From: Flavobacteriales bacterium
GTDB lineage: Bacteria; Bacteroidota; Bacteroidia; Palsa-965
DNA: 64,000 nt
Assembly: GCA_040377305.1 (NCBI GenBank)
Contig: JBEIPA010000021.1
Coordinates: 27,944-91,943, forward strand
Reading direction: 5' to 3'
A program made the translations under genes and the position numbers. The notes beneath the pieces are model-generated. The model ran no database searches, was not told the DNA's origin, and saw only the letters and a list, made by a program, of their open reading frames with translations. Below are positions 8,472 through 18,656 of the stretch, in pieces. Position 1 is the stretch's first letter. Each line of letters starts with the position of its first letter.

Positions 8472-10001
8472 TTGAGCCCGAAGAAGCAGTACTACCCCAC
8501 GTTTCTAAAGAACTTTCGCGACAAACCATTTGACGCGAAAGCGCTTGAAGCAGCCTATTATCAGGCGAGAATCGGCGATGAAGTGCGTGGTGCAGACGAA
8601 GCCGTGTCCTATTTTTCAGAATACAAAATCGACGCGGTTCATTGGCACTTTCATCAGCGAATTCTGCGAGATGAAGTTTTGTACCGGCTGGTTTCCGAAG
8701 GTTACATTCACCCGAAAGTTCATCCTGTTGGCGCCATTTATCACGATGCAGAATTTTATGCATTCGTTTTTCCGTTCATTCACACGGCTATTCTCAGGAA
8801 GATGGCGCTTGCAATTGAATCGGAAAATCTGAATGCGGTGAAGCTGCTTGAACAATGGATTGAACCTTTCGGTACGTTGTTTCGTGATGCGTTCTATCAC
8901 ATGGTCGAGTTTACAGCAGATGAAATAGTGAAAGAACTTCATGCAGTTAAACTCAACCGAAAGTCATTGTCATTTGACTTATACGGCCGCGTGAGTCCAG
9001 CTCTAATGCAACTGTTAAATCGTTTGCCGGATCGCCGTCAGGACAAACGCGATCAGTTTGCCTTGGTTGTGATTGATTTCGCGGTTTGGCTTCGCGAAGA
9101 CATGAAAGTTTACACGCAGCCAAACGGACTAATGACGCGTTTGAAATTGCTCAATGTCAGTGCAGATATCCACGCGCAACGTAGCATTCAAATGGCAAAG
9201 TGGGAGCAGGAAAAGGATGCAATTACGAAAGAGAAATTTTCGCTCAATCATCTCATCTGGATTGTTCCTGCGGTGTTAATCGTTGCGTTTGTAATCTGGA
9301 GACAAACAGACATGGGCAAATCGGATGATGCCATCATTGAGGAACATCAGGAAGCACTCGCCATTGAACAAGCTGCTTTGGACGAAGAGAAGGAGAAGAT
9401 TCGCCTGCGCATGGAGAGTATTGATTTGAACGAGCAGATTGCGAATGAACTTTGGGACGCATACAATTCTAATCCGCAAGGTGGTGTTCCGCCTGCAGCT
9501 GCCGGCGCGGCTCACATAGATAACGGAGAGTTGATGTATTCTGAATGGCTCAAAATTGGTCGGGAGATTTATTTCGCCGATCAGACAAGCCTCACTCTGG
9601 TGAATAACAGCGAATGTGATGCAATTGTATTTGTACGTCAAACGAACGGGCCATACATGGAGCGAGCGTACTATTTGCGCACACAGCGCAGCGTAGAAGT
9701 GCAGGATGATAAAGTGCGGCCATATTCCATACGGGTTTATGCCGGAAGCGAATGGGCTGATTCACTCGTGACATCGAACTATGCCAGTAAGTTGCTGAAC
9801 GTTTTGCCAGGAGAAACAAAGGATGAATTTCCTTCTTCAACGGAGTTGCGCGGAAGATTTTTGTATCCTGTTAAATCGCTACAGGAGAATTTACTTCCGG
9901 CAGATGTGATTCAGGCTGCTTCGCACTTTGACTACAATGGTGTTCCGGTAGTTACGATCATTGGTAGTCACGAGAAGATTGAATACGCTACAGGGAAGTA
10001 A
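8472..10001 (+). CDS. Hypothetical single-pass membrane protein
   Basis: 509-aa ORF; central TM segment LIWIVPAVLIVAFVIW followed by a charged coiled coil. Confidence 0.75.
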   Translation: MSPKKQYYPTFLKNFRDKPFDAKALEAAYYQARIGDEVRGADEAVSYFSEYKIDAVHWHFHQRILRDEVLYRLVSEGYIHPKVHPVGAIYHDAEFYAFVFPFIHTAILRKMALAIESENLNAVKLLEQWIEPFGTLFRDAFYHMVEFTADEIVKELHAVKLNRKSLSFDLYGRVSPALMQLLNRLPDRRQDKRDQFALVVIDFAVWLREDMKVYTQPNGLMTRLKLLNVSADIHAQRSIQMAKWEQEKDAITKEKFSLNHLIWIVPAVLIVAFVIWRQTDMGKSDDAIIEEHQEALAIEQAALDEEKEKIRLRMESIDLNEQIANELWDAYNSNPQGGVPPAAAGAAHIDNGELMYSEWLKIGREIYFADQTSLTLVNNSECDAIVFVRQTNGPYMERAYYLRTQRSVEVQDDKVRPYSIRVYAGSEWADSLVTSNYASKLLNVLPGETKDEFPSSTELRGRFLYPVKSLQENLLPADVIQAASHFDYNGVPVVTIIGSHEKIEYATGK

Positions 10002-10030
10002 TCAGTGTGCGTGTTTAGAATACCCTGTTT

Positions 10031-10480
10031 CTAAATGTTATTCAGCATTTCCGCTGTAAGAGGTTTCCTTATAAATAAGATGGAACTATCAAATTCCCGA
10101 ACTTCTGATTGATCGGCATCGTGAATAGACGATGTTAGAACAATAATCTTGGATTTTTTTACGACACTATTTTCCCACTTTCGGAATTCCCGTATAAACT
10201 GCATTCCGTTCATGACGGGCATATTGAGATCAACAAAAATGATGTCAGGTGACAAGTGGTTGGCATCGGGTTCTCTTGAATGCAGCTCCAAAATAAGATC
10301 GAGTGCGAGTTGCCCGTTGATTGCAAAGTGCATAACTTCCGAAAAGTTGGAGGCAGCCAACATCTTTTCGCTTATGAAGTTGTCGATATAGTTGTCATCA
10401 ACGAGTAGGGTCACTTTATACTTGTGCTGTCCGCTGACCGGAATGGAAAGGAGAGGCTGTAGTTCGCTATCGTTTTTCAT
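10031..10480 (-). CDS. Single-domain response regulator
   Basis: LLVDDN...IFVDLNMPVMNG...VLTSS...KPL; start set at MKNDSEL. Confidence 0.9.
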   Translation of the reverse strand: MKNDSELQPLLSIPVSGQHKYKVTLLVDDNYIDNFISEKMLAASNFSEVMHFAINGQLALDLILELHSREPDANHLSPDIIFVDLNMPVMNGMQFIREFRKWENSVVKKSKIIVLTSSIHDADQSEVREFDSSILFIRKPLTAEMLNNI

Positions 10481-13400
10481 AGGGAAGTTCGATAATAAAT
10501 TCTGTTCCAACGTTTAATTCACTTGCAATGCGTATGGTCCCACCGAGTGTTTCAACTTGTGTTTTCACCATAAAAAGGCCAAGTCCTTTTCCTTCTGTGT
10601 GATCGTGAAAGCGCTTGTAAAGTCCAAAAACCTGGGAAGCGTGTTTTGAAAGGTCGATCCCGATTCCATTGTCTGCGAAGTATATTCTGACGTTAGAATC
10701 GTCCGACTCACTTCGGATAGTAATGTTCGGAGGAATTCCGCGCTGCTGGTATTTGATACTATTCGATATCAGGTTGTAAAATATACTGTACAGATAGCTG
10801 CGTATTGCGAATATGCCGTCTTGTTGACTGAAGTCAGTTGCAATTCGAACATCTTTGTTCTCCATTACAGTTTGAATGCTTGACTTGATAGTTTCTACAA
10901 GCTCGTTAAAATGAACCGTTTCCTTATATTCATTAATCTCGGCTTTAGCCTGGAGAATAACGTTGAGATCTTTAAGCATTATATCCAGCTGTGCTGCTGC
11001 GCTAAACAAGTATTCTTGAGTTTGTGTTCTTTCTTGTTCCGACAGTTTATTCTTCATCACATTTGATAGTCCGAGGATATGTGCTACGGGCGAACGCAGG
11101 TTGTGAGAGATGATTGCCGTGAACTGTTCCAGATTCTTGGTATGCTGAACCAGATTACTTATCATTTTCTCGCGTTCTGCTTCGACCAATTTTCTCTCAG
11201 TAACATCATGCATAACGCCGAGAAGTCGAACGGGTTTCTTATTACTATCAAACTCAAATTTTCGTTCGGTATAGCCATATCTTAATTCTCCGTCTTTTCG
11301 GATAAATCTGAAGTTGTATGAAATGGCATCGTACGACGTAAAAGCAATCCCAACATCTGAGGTCACCTTCTCAATGTCATCTGGATGAATGAAAGACAGG
11401 AAAAGCTCCTGTGACGGTATCGGATTCGGATCGTCTATTCCAAACAAAGAGAACATTTCCTCGGACCAGGTGTGAACATTCGTAGCGAAATCTATCTCCC
11501 AGTTTCCCACATGAGAAATAGCCTGCGCTTCTTTCAGAAGCGACTCACTTTTCCGGAGATTTTCTTCGGCAAGTTTACGTTCTGATATATCCTGGTGCGA
11601 CACGACAACCATAGGTACGTTGCTTTCCAATTTGAGAATAGTCAGCCCAAACCATCTTTTCACACGCGGTGAATTACATGGGTATTCCATGTAGTAGTCG
11701 CTCTTGTCACCATTCATAACTTCCTTAATTCCGAACAGTGCTTCGGCGGCACCCTTGGAATTCGCGAGGATGGATTTTTCGCAGACCTCGAAATAATTCG
11801 AGCCTACACCTGTGCTCAGCAATGTACTGTCTCCGTTCTCGTTGGAGAATCGGTCCCAGGAAGCATTAACCGCTACAATGGTTCCTGTTGAATCTATAAC
11901 AGCAATGTGAGAACTCAAGGAATTGAGTACACCATTGGTAAACGCTTCACTTTGTCTGAGTTTCTCTTCGGCGATTTTCGACTTTGTAATATCTCTGGAG
12001 TGACAGGCAGCTCCAACTATCTCTTCACCTTTGCGAATTGGCGAATAAGAGATTTCCGTCCAGAATTCAAAAGGTTGCTGAAAGTGACTTATTTCCCGGT
12101 ACGATTCACCGGCGAATGCCCGCTCATACAGATGCTGAAAATGGGTATACATTTCAGGGGTATACGAAACGTTAAGAATGCTTTCTCCTTTTTGAAGGAC
12201 GTAACCAAAGTTGACCTTACTCATCTCGTCGAATGACAAATTGGATGTAATCAGGTTAAACTCCCGATCTACACTCCACATCAGATCGTCCGTGTTATTG
12301 ATCAGCGCACTTAAATTGTTTTGGTCAAATTCTTTTTGTTGTTCAGCGTGCTTGCGGTCTGAAACATCCCTGAAGTTGGATACTAAGGAATTGATACCTG
12401 GTTCATCGAGCATATTGGTGATGGTACCTTCACACCATTTCCATGTACCGTTCTTATGCTTCAATCTCATCTTAAGTTCAAAAGGCATTCCTCTGGTATT
12501 AAGAAGATGAACTCTTTTCTTTGCATATTCCTCCTTCTCATCCGGATGAAGTATGTCGAAAACATTCATACGAAGTATCTCCAGTGGTTCATACCCCATG
12601 GTATGTGATGCAGAAGGACTGGCATAAGTGAAGTTTCCTTCCTGTGTACTAAACGTTTTTATGTCTGTTCCCTTTTCGACCAGGACCCGAAATCTCGTTT
12701 CATTGACTTGTAATTTGAAGTCCGTCTCCTTTTGTTGAGATTCTTTCTCGAAAAGTTCCAGCGCAAAGGAAATATCATTGGTTAGCTCAATGAGTAATTT
12801 TATTTCATCCGCACCCGCAAAGTTTATTTCACTTGAAAACAGATTGAAAGTACCAATGATTTTTCCCGACTTTCTGATCGGAAGAACCAGAAAGGAATTA
12901 ATGTTTCGTTGAAGCGCGTATTCTTGCAAACCACCTTTGATCTCCGAATGGAGTACATCGTTACAGATATAATATTTTCCGGTGTTCAGTACTGTAAATT
13001 GAGGTTCATCTGTTGTGTATGAAGCGTCAGTGAAAAGTTTAATGTCCTCAAAGGGTACTCCCGATTGTTCAGCAAGTGTTATGGTTTGATTTTCCGGGTT
13101 GAATATTCCAATCCAAGCCATCTTAAATTTGCCAAACTCAATTGCTAATCGGCACGAGTTACGGAAAAGAGATGTTTCATTCGGAACGCGTACAATGTTC
13201 TGATTGACCTGACTGATGAAGGCATATAGGTGATTGGCTTTGTTCAGTTTCTCAGCGGTGATCACTTTCTCCATCTGGTCATCAGCTTCCTGTAATGCCC
13301 TGTTGATTTTATCCGGAAGTGTATAAAGCGAGTCTTTCAATACGTAATCGTTCGCTCCATTCCTGATTAATTGAGCTGCCTTTTCTTCTCCAACTGTACC

Positions 13401-13658
13401 CGTCACAAAAATAAATGGAGTGTCGGGCGCCATGTCTTGCTTGAGCTTAAATGCCCGTTTACCGTCAAAGGATGGAAAGGTGTAGTCGGACAAGATAATG
13501 TCTGGAGAGAATTCTTTAAGCGCATTTACGTAAGTGCTTTCGGTGTATACAACAAGTGAGAGATAGTTGAGACCACTCCTGTGTAGCACGTGAATAATCA
13601 GGTCAACATCGCTTTGGCTGTGCTCAACAATCAGAATTTTGATGACGTTTCTAGTCAT
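10467..13658 (-). CDS. Hybrid sensor kinase REC-GAF-4xPAS-HisKA-HATPase
   Basis: N-terminal receiver (ILSDYTFP), GAF, four PAS/PAC units ending D[IV][ST]xxK, H box SHNLRSP, NLISNSIKY, DNGIG, GLGL. Confidence 0.93.
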   Translation of the reverse strand: MTRNVIKILIVEHSQSDVDLIIHVLHRSGLNYLSLVVYTESTYVNALKEFSPDIILSDYTFPSFDGKRAFKLKQDMAPDTPFIFVTGTVGEEKAAQLIRNGANDYVLKDSLYTLPDKINRALQEADDQMEKVITAEKLNKANHLYAFISQVNQNIVRVPNETSLFRNSCRLAIEFGKFKMAWIGIFNPENQTITLAEQSGVPFEDIKLFTDASYTTDEPQFTVLNTGKYYICNDVLHSEIKGGLQEYALQRNINSFLVLPIRKSGKIIGTFNLFSSEINFAGADEIKLLIELTNDISFALELFEKESQQKETDFKLQVNETRFRVLVEKGTDIKTFSTQEGNFTYASPSASHTMGYEPLEILRMNVFDILHPDEKEEYAKKRVHLLNTRGMPFELKMRLKHKNGTWKWCEGTITNMLDEPGINSLVSNFRDVSDRKHAEQQKEFDQNNLSALINNTDDLMWSVDREFNLITSNLSFDEMSKVNFGYVLQKGESILNVSYTPEMYTHFQHLYERAFAGESYREISHFQQPFEFWTEISYSPIRKGEEIVGAACHSRDITKSKIAEEKLRQSEAFTNGVLNSLSSHIAVIDSTGTIVAVNASWDRFSNENGDSTLLSTGVGSNYFEVCEKSILANSKGAAEALFGIKEVMNGDKSDYYMEYPCNSPRVKRWFGLTILKLESNVPMVVVSHQDISERKLAEENLRKSESLLKEAQAISHVGNWEIDFATNVHTWSEEMFSLFGIDDPNPIPSQELFLSFIHPDDIEKVTSDVGIAFTSYDAISYNFRFIRKDGELRYGYTERKFEFDSNKKPVRLLGVMHDVTERKLVEAEREKMISNLVQHTKNLEQFTAIISHNLRSPVAHILGLSNVMKNKLSEQERTQTQEYLFSAAAQLDIMLKDLNVILQAKAEINEYKETVHFNELVETIKSSIQTVMENKDVRIATDFSQQDGIFAIRSYLYSIFYNLISNSIKYQQRGIPPNITIRSESDDSNVRIYFADNGIGIDLSKHASQVFGLYKRFHDHTEGKGLGLFMVKTQVETLGGTIRIASELNVGTEFIIELPYEKR

Positions 13659-13660
13659 GA

Positions 13661-14098
13661 TTAGCTCGATTTCTGATTAGTGATCGTCCAGAACAAGCCC
13701 AGGCGTGAAATTGCCTTTTGAAATTCGTCGAATTCAACGGGTTTTACAACGTAGCTATTCGCACCGAGGGCATAGCATTTTTTAATATCGGGGTCTTCTT
13801 TTGATGAAGTAAGAATTACAATTGGAATTGTTTTGGTTCTTTCATCTGCGCGAACTGCTTCCAGCACTTCGATGCCATTCACTTTCGGCATTTTTAGATC
13901 CAACAAGATGACCCTTGGCTTATCTTCAACACTTCTGGCCGAGAATTCACCTTGGGCGAAAATGAAATCCAGCGCTTCTGCGCCATCTCGAACGTGCAGA
14001 AGTTTATTTGAAAGATTGTTTTCTTTCAAAGCGGAGATCGTCATTTCGGCGTCGCTGGCACTGTCTTCAACCAACAGGATATCTACAGAATGTATCAT
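13661..14098 (-). CDS. Rcp1-like single-domain response regulator
   Basis: ILLVEDS...[12 protein letters not shown]...LTSSKE...[14 protein letters not shown]; start set at MIHSVD. Confidence 0.92.
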   Translation of the reverse strand: MIHSVDILLVEDSASDAEMTISALKENNLSNKLLHVRDGAEALDFIFAQGEFSARSVEDKPRVILLDLKMPKVNGIEVLEAVRADERTKTIPIVILTSSKEDPDIKKCYALGANSYVVKPVEFDEFQKAISRLGLFWTITNQKSS

Positions 14099-14102
14099 AG
14101 GA

Positions 14103-15752
14103 TTATGAATTTGGCAATGTGAAATAAAACGTAGCACCTGCGTCGACTTTGGCTTCGGCCCATACGCGTCCATCGTGTTTGGCAATAATCCTTTGAACAA
14201 TTGCGAGACCAACACCAGTACCCTCAAATTCATCTTCTGAATGCAGACGCTGGAAAACTCCGAACAACTTTTTCACATAGCGCATATCGAAACCGGCGCC
14301 ATTATCTTTTATTGAATAGATGATTTCTTCACCTTTTGATTCTGAATCGATTTCAATAATTGCTTGTTCCCTTTGGCTCGTGTATTTGATAGCATTTGAA
14401 ACCAGATTTGTCCAGACTTGTTTCATGGCAACTGTATCTGCACTGGCTGCAAGAAGTGGTGATATTCTGATTTCAATGTTCCTGCTGTCAAATACGTTTT
14501 TAAGTTCATCGCAGAGATTGGTCACGAGATCGTTCATGGAAATCTGCACTTTCACAAGTTCTTTTCTTCCGAGTCGTGAAAATGTAAGCAGATCATCAAT
14601 CAATTGACCCATTTTCTTGGCGTTGTTAATGATGTTGCCTACGAGACGATGGATTTCCGGATCGACCTGTTGAACTTCTATTTCTTTGAGCATGCGGGCG
14701 TAACCATGAACGGCGCGAAGAGGTGCACGCAGATCATGAGATACCGAATAAGAAAAAGCTTCCAGTTCCTTATTAGCAGCTTCTAGCTTTGCCGTACGAT
14801 CTATTTTTTCCTGATTCTGAACTGCAAGTTCTTTGTTAGCAATTAATAGTTCTGCGGCTCTTTTCTCTTTCTCTTCATTCTGAAAAGCAAGCTCAATATT
14901 TGCAATGAGTAGTTCTGCTTCCCGCTTTTCTTTTTCCTTATTTTGGTAAGCAAGTTTCTTGTTTGCGGCGATCAGTTCAATCGCTTTTTTCGCGTTCTCT
15001 TCATTTTGAATGGCCAAGTCTGCATTGGCAGTACTTAGTTCTGCGGCTCTTTTTTCCTTCTCTTTATTTTGAAAAACGAGCTCTATGTTTGCAATGCTAA
15101 GTTCTGCCGCGCGCTTCTCTTTTTCTTTATTCTGAAAAGCAAGTTCTTTATTGGCAATTCCCAATTCACCGCTACGTTTTTCTTTCTCGGTATTTTGAAA
15201 CAGAAGTTCCGTATTGGCAATTGCCAGTTCTGCGGCCCGCTTTTCTTTCTCCTCATTTTGAAAAATGAGCTCAATGTTTGCAAGGTGCAATTCGGCTGCT
15301 CTCTTTTCTTTCTCCTTGTTCTGAAAACTGAGTTCTTTATTTGCAATGACTAATTCAGCCGCTCGCTTCTCTTTCCTTGCATTTTGAAAAGCAAGTTCCT
15401 TGTTGGCAATTAGCAACTCAGCAGCACGCTCCTCTTTCTCGTGATTCTGAAATGCAAGTTCCCGATTGGCAATGATCAGTTCCGCAGCGCGTTTTTCTTT
15501 TTCCTTATTCTGAAATGCAAGTTCTCGATTGGCAATTACCAGTTCATCTGCCCGCTTTTCCTTCTCTGTCTGCTGAAACGCTAATTCTTCGTGGGCAATC
15601 GTTAGTTCCGCCGCTCTCTTTGCCTTTTCTTCATTCTGAAAAGCATATTCATTTCGATCAATGATCAATTCACCATGAGGCTTCTGCCCTTTGGCTTCCT
15701 TGGAGTTTTTCTTCGGATCAGGTGGGTTACTTTTCGATACGTGTAGGGGCAT
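14103..15752 (-). CDS. Cytoplasmic histidine kinase with 14 tandem 21-aa coiled-coil repeats
   Basis: [19 protein letters not shown] box, [29 protein letters not shown] (bacteriophytochrome-type kinase core); no TM, PAS or GAF recognised. Confidence 0.92.
   Translation of the reverse strand: MPLHVSKSNPPDPKKNSKEAKGQKPHGELIIDRNEYAFQNEEKAKRAAELTIAHEELAFQQTEKEKRADELVIANRELAFQNKEKEKRAAELIIANRELAFQNHEKEERAAELLIANKELAFQNARKEKRAAELVIANKELSFQNKEKEKRAAELHLANIELIFQNEEKEKRAAELAIANTELLFQNTEKEKRSGELGIANKELAFQNKEKEKRAAELSIANIELVFQNKEKEKRAAELSTANADLAIQNEENAKKAIELIAANKKLAYQNKEKEKREAELLIANIELAFQNEEKEKRAAELLIANKELAVQNQEKIDRTAKLEAANKELEAFSYSVSHDLRAPLRAVHGYARMLKEIEVQQVDPEIHRLVGNIINNAKKMGQLIDDLLTFSRLGRKELVKVQISMNDLVTNLCDELKNVFDSRNIEIRISPLLAASADTVAMKQVWTNLVSNAIKYTSQREQAIIEIDSESKGEEIIYSIKDNGAGFDMRYVKKLFGVFQRLHSEDEFEGTGVGLAIVQRIIAKHDGRVWAEAKVDAGATFYFTLPNS
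14772..15653 (-). repeat. 14 x 63-bp tandem repeat encoding [21 protein letters not shown]
   Basis: The 882-bp span equals 14 x 63 with no indel; units counted from the translation. Confidence 0.92.
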
Positions 15753-16068
15753 AAAATGACGAATAAAATAGTTTAACACGTTCAACCAAAGGGTCAGTCG
15801 TACGTATCTGTTAACCTGAGATTTTCTCAAGTTGAGAAGATCAATGTCTCTGCGATTAGCTGGAAAAAGTCACCTATCAAAAGCAGTAGATAGGGACTGG
15901 AAGAATAGGTTGTCAAACAGATCACATATTCATACGTGACACAGTTTTAGTAGATGTATGTGTTACAACCCTATGGTGAAGATACATGTACTTGCTGCGG
16001 GAACTTGTACATAATTCACTGATAGCTTACATGATACGGGAATCGTAGAGGGAATTCCCCAAAGACAG

Positions 16069-18648
16069 TTAATCTTCGAGCTCAGTTTGTTTTTCGAGCT
16101 TATCCTGATTCACCAGCGTATTCATGGAAATGAAACGAAGCGATTCTTTTAACTCAGATTCGGTTTTCGTCGTTGTAATTTCCACTTTGACCGACATGCC
16201 AGGAAGGAGATCAAACCCATTGGAAGAGAAAGTTGTGTTCGGGTCATCGCACACGATCATTACATTTCGGATATAGTCGTTCGAAGAAAGCGTAATCGCC
16301 ATCGGTCCTTCTTTGATGTATCGGACGAATGAATACTTTGGTTGAACATCAGGGTAGTTGTGGTCAATTTCTTTTCCAATACTTGTATGATCGTAAACCG
16401 GCGCAATTGGTGTTGCACTATTGGTGGCAACGAACGACGCTGTCAGAAACCCATCTTCAGCCCTGAGTGAAACCAACATGGCTGTTTTCTTCATAGCACC
16501 ATAGCGCACAGATGAATTTTCATTAACTGCAATATCCTGCTTGAACTCAAGTTGACTCATTCCTTTAAAGTTCCGCCAATTGACCAACAATGTTCCCGTG
16601 TACGAAGCCGATGAATTATTGACCACCCAAACGTACACCGAATCTTCCGTTTGTTCCAGGCTCACCAGTAACGGCTGGTAAAGTCTGGCCAATTCATACC
16701 ACGCCAGTTTCTTCCGTCCATAATAATCCTGCACCGACCACGAAGTCGCCGGCCAGCAATCATTATACTGCCAGAACAAAGAACCCATACACGTCGGGAA
16801 ATTTCTGCGTTGTGCCTCAATTGCAGTGGAGAGTGCATCTTTCTGCATGCTTTGAGTGAGATACACATACTGCTCAAACGAATTCGGTGTCAATCCATAA
16901 TCACGCTTCATGTATTCCGAAATTGTTTGAAAGCCGGTTGGATGTTTCTGATGAGCATTGATTGTACTATCCTGGAACCAGAACTTTATATTGGCACCCA
17001 TTTCTTTGAAGGTGTGAATGGATGGCGCACTCTGAAATCCAAATTCAGAAACAAATCTTCCGGTGTGATCTTCGTAAGACGAGAATGGCTCATTGCCCCA
17101 CCAAACGCCCCAGTAGTGAACATCACCTTGCGTGTACGCTACTTCTCGTCCCCAGCCATTCTGTGGTGAACTCATTACGTAAGGAAAGAACGGATCGTGT
17201 TGTGCGACGCAGCCCATGAACTTCAGACTGTAGTTGAAGTAATCGTTGTAGATTTTCGCAGAATCTTCCTTGCTATATCCGAACTCGCGCTGCCAACCCC
17301 AATTAAACCATCCTTCTTTGTTTTCATTGTCGCCACACCAAAGTGCAATGGAAGGATGTGATGCAATTCGTCTTACGTTCTGCGTGACTTCTTTCGTGAG
17401 CAGATTGTCCTTGTCGAGCGTTTGATACGGATACATGCTGCATGCAAAAGGAAGATCCTGCCAAACCATCAATCCAAGCGAATCACACTGGGAATAGAAA
17501 TGGTCCGACTCATAAATTCCGCCACCCCACACCCGAACCATGTTCATGTTCAGATCACGCATATCCGTTAATTGCGCTGATACTTTTGAATTCAGCACGC
17601 GCGGAAGAAAATTATCCGATGGAATCCAGTTCGAGCCCATGGCATACACCAGTTTGTCGTTGAGCACAAATGCAAAGCTGCCGTTGCTGTTGAGCATATC
17701 TGTGGTCAGCTCGATCTTGCGGATTCCGGTTACCGTTGCAACCGCCACAACTTTCCTCCTTCGGAATGTTGCCACAGTGAATTTGTACAGATTCTGTTCA
17801 CCCATTCCGTTACACCACCAAAGTTTTGGATGCGCAACGCGGAACGTAATCTTAAGATGCTGCGGTTTATTTTTCTTCACGGAATAGAAATCAGAATAGA
17901 TTCCGCTGTCGTTCTGAAAAACAAGGAACTGGTATTTACCTGCTTTGTCGGCTTCGAATGTAAAATCTACCGTTACGAAAGCTGTGTCTTTGTCAATGAA
18001 ATCGGTTTTGTAAACGACATCAGTGATTCGCATTTCACTCCATCCAACAATACGAACCGGTTTCCAGATTCCGCAGGTTACAAATCGCGGACCCCAATCC
18101 CAACCGAACTGATATTGTGCTTTGCGAATGAAAACACGATCACCACCGGGATATTTCTTGATTGACGAAAGTGCTTTGTTTCTCTCAATGAGTTTAGAAG
18201 CCGGTTCGAAGCGGACGACCAGTTTGTTGTTCGCCTTGATGAGACTTTTTACGTCAATCTTGTAAGACAGAAACATGTCTTCGCCGGTGAACAAATATTC
18301 TCCATTCAGGTAGACCGAACAATAGGTATCGAGTCCATCGAACTGCAATTCGATATGCTTCTCTCTGCGCATGGTTCGTGAGCATTCGAAGTTCACCTCG
18401 TAAATCCAGGTTACGCTGTCAATCCATTGCAACTTTGATTCATTGGTGCCAATGAATGGATCTTCAATAAGCTTGTTGGTGAAAAGGTCGGTGTGAATGG
18501 TGCCCGGAACAGTAGCAGGATAATTGGGTGCCAGAATTGTTCCGCGTTCAAATGTCCAGCCCGATTCCAGGGGCAAGGTAAAATCGGCGTAAGCAGAACA
18601 AGGAAGTAATGTTGTGAGAAAAAGAAATCGGAGGAACAGATTCCGCAT
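16069..18648 (-). CDS. Beta-mannosidase, glycoside hydrolase family 2
   Basis: ATVPGTIHTDL, FDGLDT, RKAQYQFGWDWGP, NMVRVWGGG.YE, WCGDNE, RFVSEFGFQS, WQYNDCWP motifs; signal peptide. Confidence 0.92.
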   Translation of the reverse strand: MRNLFLRFLFLTTLLPCSAYADFTLPLESGWTFERGTILAPNYPATVPGTIHTDLFTNKLIEDPFIGTNESKLQWIDSVTWIYEVNFECSRTMRREKHIELQFDGLDTYCSVYLNGEYLFTGEDMFLSYKIDVKSLIKANNKLVVRFEPASKLIERNKALSSIKKYPGGDRVFIRKAQYQFGWDWGPRFVTCGIWKPVRIVGWSEMRITDVVYKTDFIDKDTAFVTVDFTFEADKAGKYQFLVFQNDSGIYSDFYSVKKNKPQHLKITFRVAHPKLWWCNGMGEQNLYKFTVATFRRRKVVAVATVTGIRKIELTTDMLNSNGSFAFVLNDKLVYAMGSNWIPSDNFLPRVLNSKVSAQLTDMRDLNMNMVRVWGGGIYESDHFYSQCDSLGLMVWQDLPFACSMYPYQTLDKDNLLTKEVTQNVRRIASHPSIALWCGDNENKEGWFNWGWQREFGYSKEDSAKIYNDYFNYSLKFMGCVAQHDPFFPYVMSSPQNGWGREVAYTQGDVHYWGVWWGNEPFSSYEDHTGRFVSEFGFQSAPSIHTFKEMGANIKFWFQDSTINAHQKHPTGFQTISEYMKRDYGLTPNSFEQYVYLTQSMQKDALSTAIEAQRRNFPTCMGSLFWQYNDCWPATSWSVQDYYGRKKLAWYELARLYQPLLVSLEQTEDSVYVWVVNNSSASYTGTLLVNWRNFKGMSQLEFKQDIAVNENSSVRYGAMKKTAMLVSLRAEDGFLTASFVATNSATPIAPVYDHTSIGKEIDHNYPDVQPKYSFVRYIKEGPMAITLSSNDYIRNVMIVCDDPNTTFSSNGFDLLPGMSVKVEITTTKTESELKESLRFISMNTLVNQDKLEKQTELED

Positions 18649-18656
18649 CAACAAAT

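Noticed and set aside
14772-15653. CRISPR-like array
   Set aside because: Repeats are contiguous, in frame and protein-coding, with no unique spacers and no cas genes.
10002-16068. Integrated mobile island carrying the kinase cassette
   Set aside because: No integrase, tRNA or flanking direct repeat seen; the compositional difference is only an impression.
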